A stretch of DNA of 24,000 bases, from NCBI GenBank assembly GCA_017885655.1, contig JAFNFQ010000029.1, positions 2,061-26,060 of the forward strand, read 5' to 3'. Below are positions 20,818 to 24,000 of the stretch, one piece after another; the first letter of the stretch is position 1; each line of letters begins with the position of its first letter. Below the pieces are notes generated by a model that was given only the letters and a program-made list of their open reading frames with translations, searched no databases and was not told where the DNA came from. The stretch is from Methanobacteriota archaeon (GTDB taxonomy: Archaea > Thermoplasmatota > Thermoplasmata > RBG-16-68-12 > JAFNFQ01). A program made the translations under genes and the position numbers.

Positions 20818-23800
20818 ATGTACTGGGCATGGGTTGCTTGTAGGGGCAGGCGAAAGCGGAACACACAGACAATCCGGTTGTTCTCATTCGTTTTCGCGTT
20901 CTTTCTGATTCCAGTTTTTCCGTCTCTCTTCGTGCCCTCAACGCGAGATTCTATTGTTTCAGTATCTCCACAATCGACGGACTCTACCGAGCAGAACGTT
21001 TTGGACGCTTTCGAGGATTTGCATGGTTACTTCATCGAGAACAGAGGCCAGGTAATTGACGGAGTCCGCTACTATTCAAGGGGCAATCCCGCCGTTGCAT
21101 TTAGGGATGACGGGGTGATGTTCGCTATCAGACGCGTGGAAGAGAAGGCAACGCGGGAAGATGTGAACTGGCGTGATTCTGCCACCAGATTCTCCTTGTC
21201 CGCCAAGGACCAGGTCACGGTGAAATCCTTCGCCTATCTCCTCCGTTTCCAAGACGCGCATGAGACTAGACCTGTCGGCGTTGATCGACTATCTTCCAGC
21301 AGCAACTTCTTCATTGGTGACGATCCGGCGAGATGGAGGACGAAGGTCGCGAACTACGGAGGGATAGCTTACCCTGATCTTTACGACGGCGTAGACCTCG
21401 TGTTCAGACCGGGAATCAACGGTGTGAAGTATGAATTCGTGGTCAGCCCGGGGACCGATCCAGGAATCATTGAGATGAGATATGAAGGAATAGAATCAAT
21501 GAAGCTGGAATCGTCCGGAATTGTCGTTCATACGATGCTGGGGGAATTGCGTGACTCGCCACCGTATTCCTATCAGGAAGGAGAGGAGGTCAGGTGTGAG
21601 TTCGCAATGCGAGGTCCTGTCTCCGTTGGCTTCGACTGCTCGAGAAGGGACCCGGCCAAGACTCTGACGATTGATCCGTTGGTTTATTCAACTTATCTCG
21701 GTGGCAGCGATATGGACGGCGCGTTTGGCATCGCTTTGGACTCCGTGGGCAATGCATATGTGACTGGCTACTCCATGTCACTCGATTTCCCCGTCACTCC
21801 GGGGGCATTCGATATCAGCTGCGCCGCAAACGGGGATGTGTTCGTCGCGAAGCTGAATCCCGACGGAAAGAGCCTCGTCTATTCGACTTTCTTGGGTGGC
21901 AGCGATGTGGACCGTGGCAAATCCATCACGGTGAGTACCCTCGGATCCGCATACGTGACCGGCTACACGAAATCGTCTGACTTCCCATTAACGGTCAACG
22001 CATTCGACAGCACTCAAGATAGCTTCGACGCCTTCGTGACTGTGCTAAATCCCACCGGCAGCACGCTGTCCTATTCCACCTTCCTCGGCGGCACGATTGA
22101 TGACTATGCGAACTCGATTGCTGTGGACCCCGGTGGCTGGGCATACGTGGCGGGAGAAACCTACTGCTCTGACTTCCCTGTCACTCCAGGCGCTTACGAT
22201 ACTGTCTTCAACAGTACGGGATTCGGAGAAGACGCCTTTGTTACCAAGCTCGATGTCGTCGGCGGGGGGCTCGTCTACTCGACTTTTCTTGGCGGTGAGA
22301 CAGATGATTGGGGCATTGCGATTTCTGTGGACGTCAGTGGCAACACATATGTGACCGGCATGACCACATCGATTGATTTTCCGACCACACTTGGCGCGTT
22401 TGATGATTCCTTTAACGGCGTCAGTGACGCTTTCGTGACCAAGTTGAACGACACCGGCAAAGGGCTTCTCTATTCCCTATTTCTTGGAGGTTCTCGCGAA
22501 GATCAGGGTAATGCCATCGCGCTTGACTCCGAAGGAAACGTCTACGTTGGCGGCAGAACCGAATCGTTCGACTTCCCCGTCACTATCGGTGCTCACGATA
22601 CGGAGGTCAATGATACCGACGGCTTCGTCGCGAAAATCAATCAGACTGGCAGCACTCTTGATTATTCCACGTTTCTGGGCGGGAGTGGCAGCGACTGGAT
22701 CCAATCCGTCGCTGTGGATTCCCGCGGAAGAGTCCACGCGACCGGTGATACCGCATCGGTCGACTTCCCAGTGACCTCCAGCGCCATCGATATCGTTCTG
22801 AATGGCACGGACGCCTTCGTGTCAGAGCTCAATCCTGTAGGTTCAGCCCTCACGTTCTCCACATATCTCGGTGGCAACTCCTCCGACTCCGGAAACATGA
22901 TTGCAGTCAATTCCTCAGGCAACGCGTACGCCACCGGGAGCACGTCATCAGCCGACTTCCCAACCACTCCGGGTGCGTTTGATCGCATTTTGAACGGGAA
23001 CGACGGCTACGTCGTCATGTTCACAATCGCCCCCAACAACCGACCGATGCCTCCAGACCCGCTGTGCATCCAAGGGATATGCTCCAACAACGTGGACGCG
23101 AGGATGTATCACATCACGCAACTCACCAACTTCCCGCTTTCTTGGACTCACTTAGACCCTGACCTGGATGCACAGACAGCGGCTGAAGCTGCCATCTCAA
23201 AGGCCCCCAACAGGGGTTCCCTCATCTGGATAAATGTCCTCTCAGGGACAGCCTCTCAGATGACCTATGCCGGTCTCCCCTTGGAACGCTGCACCGATTA
23301 CTGGTATTCGGTGAGGACCAAGGACGTGCCCCAATGGGGGGCCGTCGCTGAAGTGAAGTTCCATACGAACTGCTTGCCCGCCCCAGTCAACCGGCTGTGG
23401 CCGGCGAACGGCTGGACCACGTTGCCAAGGAGTGACCAGAAGGTCTTCTGGTCGTTCATGACGGACAACGACCCGGGTGACTCATTGAACTACACATGGA
23501 AGGTCGACGATCAGATTGGATTCCCAAGCCCGGTTACCAACACCACCCAGAACAACTACTCGGATCCATTCCAGACAGTCCCGTCGATGACATACTTCTG
23601 GTGCGTCGAGGAATCCGATGGCTGGGACTCGGCTATAAGCAACTGCGCCAATCCGTGGATGTTCCTGACCGGGGTGCCGCCCAGGCCGCCGACCGTCACG
23701 GAGCTAAAGGTCGACAACCACGCGGCGGGCGACGCATACCTGCAGCGCGTCACGAACCGTGTCCCTGTATTCACGTGGAAGTTCAATCCGATGGGCAGGT

Positions 23801-24000
23801 CGCAAACGGCCTTCCACATACAGGTCCGGCAGCAGTCGGGTGATACTTTGAAGTGGGAGTTAAACAACACGGGAGTTGGCGGCGACGTTTCAACGGCCAC
23901 TTACAACTCGGACAGCAGTGGCACAGCTCTCACCAACGGCGCCTGCTATTACTTCCAGGTCAAGGTTCGCGACAGCCTCACGCCGCAGCTCTGGAGCGTC
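20818..24000 (+). CDS. Second SBBP-repeat surface protein, paralog of 16510-19578; 3' end outside window (at least 1061 aa)
   Basis: It is not in the supplied ORF track because no stop occurs before the window end. I translated frame 1 by hand at the start and over 22981-24000 and found it open. No other + ORF in frame 1 is listed here. Start is ATG 20818: MYWAWVACRGRRKRNTQTIRLFSFVFAFFLIPVFPSLFV (a signal anchor). The segment FIENRGQVIDGVRYYSRGNPAVAFRDDGVMF...NFFIGDDPARW...GVKYEFVVSPGTDP...TIDPLVYSTYLGG is collinear with the 16510 protein. SBBP repeats follow. After ~23040 come FN3-like modules (P.F.W.F..., Y.G..L....YY.QVKVRD....WS). Confidence 0.8.
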   Translation, partial: MYWAWVACRGRRKRNTQTIRLFSFVFAFFLIPVFPSLFVPSTRDSIVSVSPQSTDSTEQNVLDAFEDLHGYFIENRGQVIDGVRYYSRGNPAVAFRDDGVMFAIRRVEEKATREDVNWRDSATRFSLSAKDQVTVKSFAYLLRFQDAHETRPVGVDRLSSSSNFFIGDDPARWRTKVANYGGIAYPDLYDGVDLVFRPGINGVKYEFVVSPGTDPGIIEMRYEGIESMKLESSGIVVHTMLGELRDSPPYSYQEGEEVRCEFAMRGPVSVGFDCSRRDPAKTLTIDPLVYSTYLGGSDMDGAFGIALDSVGNAYVTGYSMSLDFPVTPGAFDISCAANGDVFVAKLNPDGKSLVYSTFLGGSDVDRGKSITVSTLGSAYVTGYTKSSDFPLTVNAFDSTQDSFDAFVTVLNPTGSTLSYSTFLGGTIDDYANSIAVDPGGWAYVAGETYCSDFPVTPGAYDTVFNSTGFGEDAFVTKLDVVGGGLVYSTFLGGETDDWGIAISVDVSGNTYVTGMTTSIDFPTTLGAFDDSFNGVSDAFVTKLNDTGKGLLYSLFLGGSREDQGNAIALDSEGNVYVGGRTESFDFPVTIGAHDTEVNDTDGFVAKINQTGSTLDYSTFLGGSGSDWIQSVAVDSRGRVHATGDTASVDFPVTSSAIDIVLNGTDAFVSELNPVGSALTFSTYLGGNSSDSGNMIAVNSSGNAYATGSTSSADFPTTPGAFDRILNGNDGYVVMFTIAPNNRPMPPDPLCIQGICSNNVDARMYHITQLTNFPLSWTHLDPDLDAQTAAEAAISKAPNRGSLIWINVLSGTASQMTYAGLPLERCTDYWYSVRTKDVPQWGAVAEVKFHTNCLPAPVNRLWPANGWTTLPRSDQKVFWSFMTDNDPGDSLNYTWKVDDQIGFPSPVTNTTQNNYSDPFQTVPSMTYFWCVEESDGWDSAISNCANPWMFLTGVPPRPPTVTELKVDNHAAGDAYLQRVTNRVPVFTWKFNPMGRSQTAFHIQVRQQSGDTLKWELNNTGVGGDVSTATYNSDSSGTALTNGACYYFQVKVRDSLTPQLWSV

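Overview
GC-rich locus with archaeal-type signals: AT-rich TATA-like boxes about 25-35 bp upstream of start codons, several apparently leaderless genes, GGTGA-type ribosome-binding sites inside operons, and a tRNA without encoded CCA. The organism cannot be assigned from this window.

Left to right:
1. The 3' part of an MgtA-type P-type ATPase.
2. tRNA-Thr(UGU), followed 14 nt later by a decayed C-terminal fragment of a trypsin-like protease.
3. An AlkD/AlkC-like DNA alkylation repair protein and a tandem-ACT protein.
4. A ~5.5-kb segment bounded by two ~92-nt imperfect direct repeats. It holds a Rab/Ras-like small GTPase, two paralogous ~120-aa proteins, a wHTH-STAND(NB-ARC)-TPR protein, a secreted FN3 protein and a start-less surface-protein remnant. 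Three promoters in this segment carry the same 14-bp palindrome next to their TATA box.
5. A tightly coupled four-gene operon, Ubl-E2-E1-JAMM. Its first three products look at motif level like UFM1, UFC1 and UBA5. A triple zinc-ribbon gene converges on it.
6. A surface-protein cluster: one PKD protein, two paralogous SBBP-repeat proteins and a Kelch propeller. The last gene runs off the window and is absent from the ORF track. The non-coding flanks of the cluster carry strictly 21-bp-phased repeats, including a ~540-bp nested 21-bp/230-bp array.

The strongest candidate for a new system is the UFM1-like conjugation cassette. The palindrome-marked STAND/GTPase island and the phased repeat array come second. 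All homology statements rest on reading motifs by eye against remembered sequences; no search was run.
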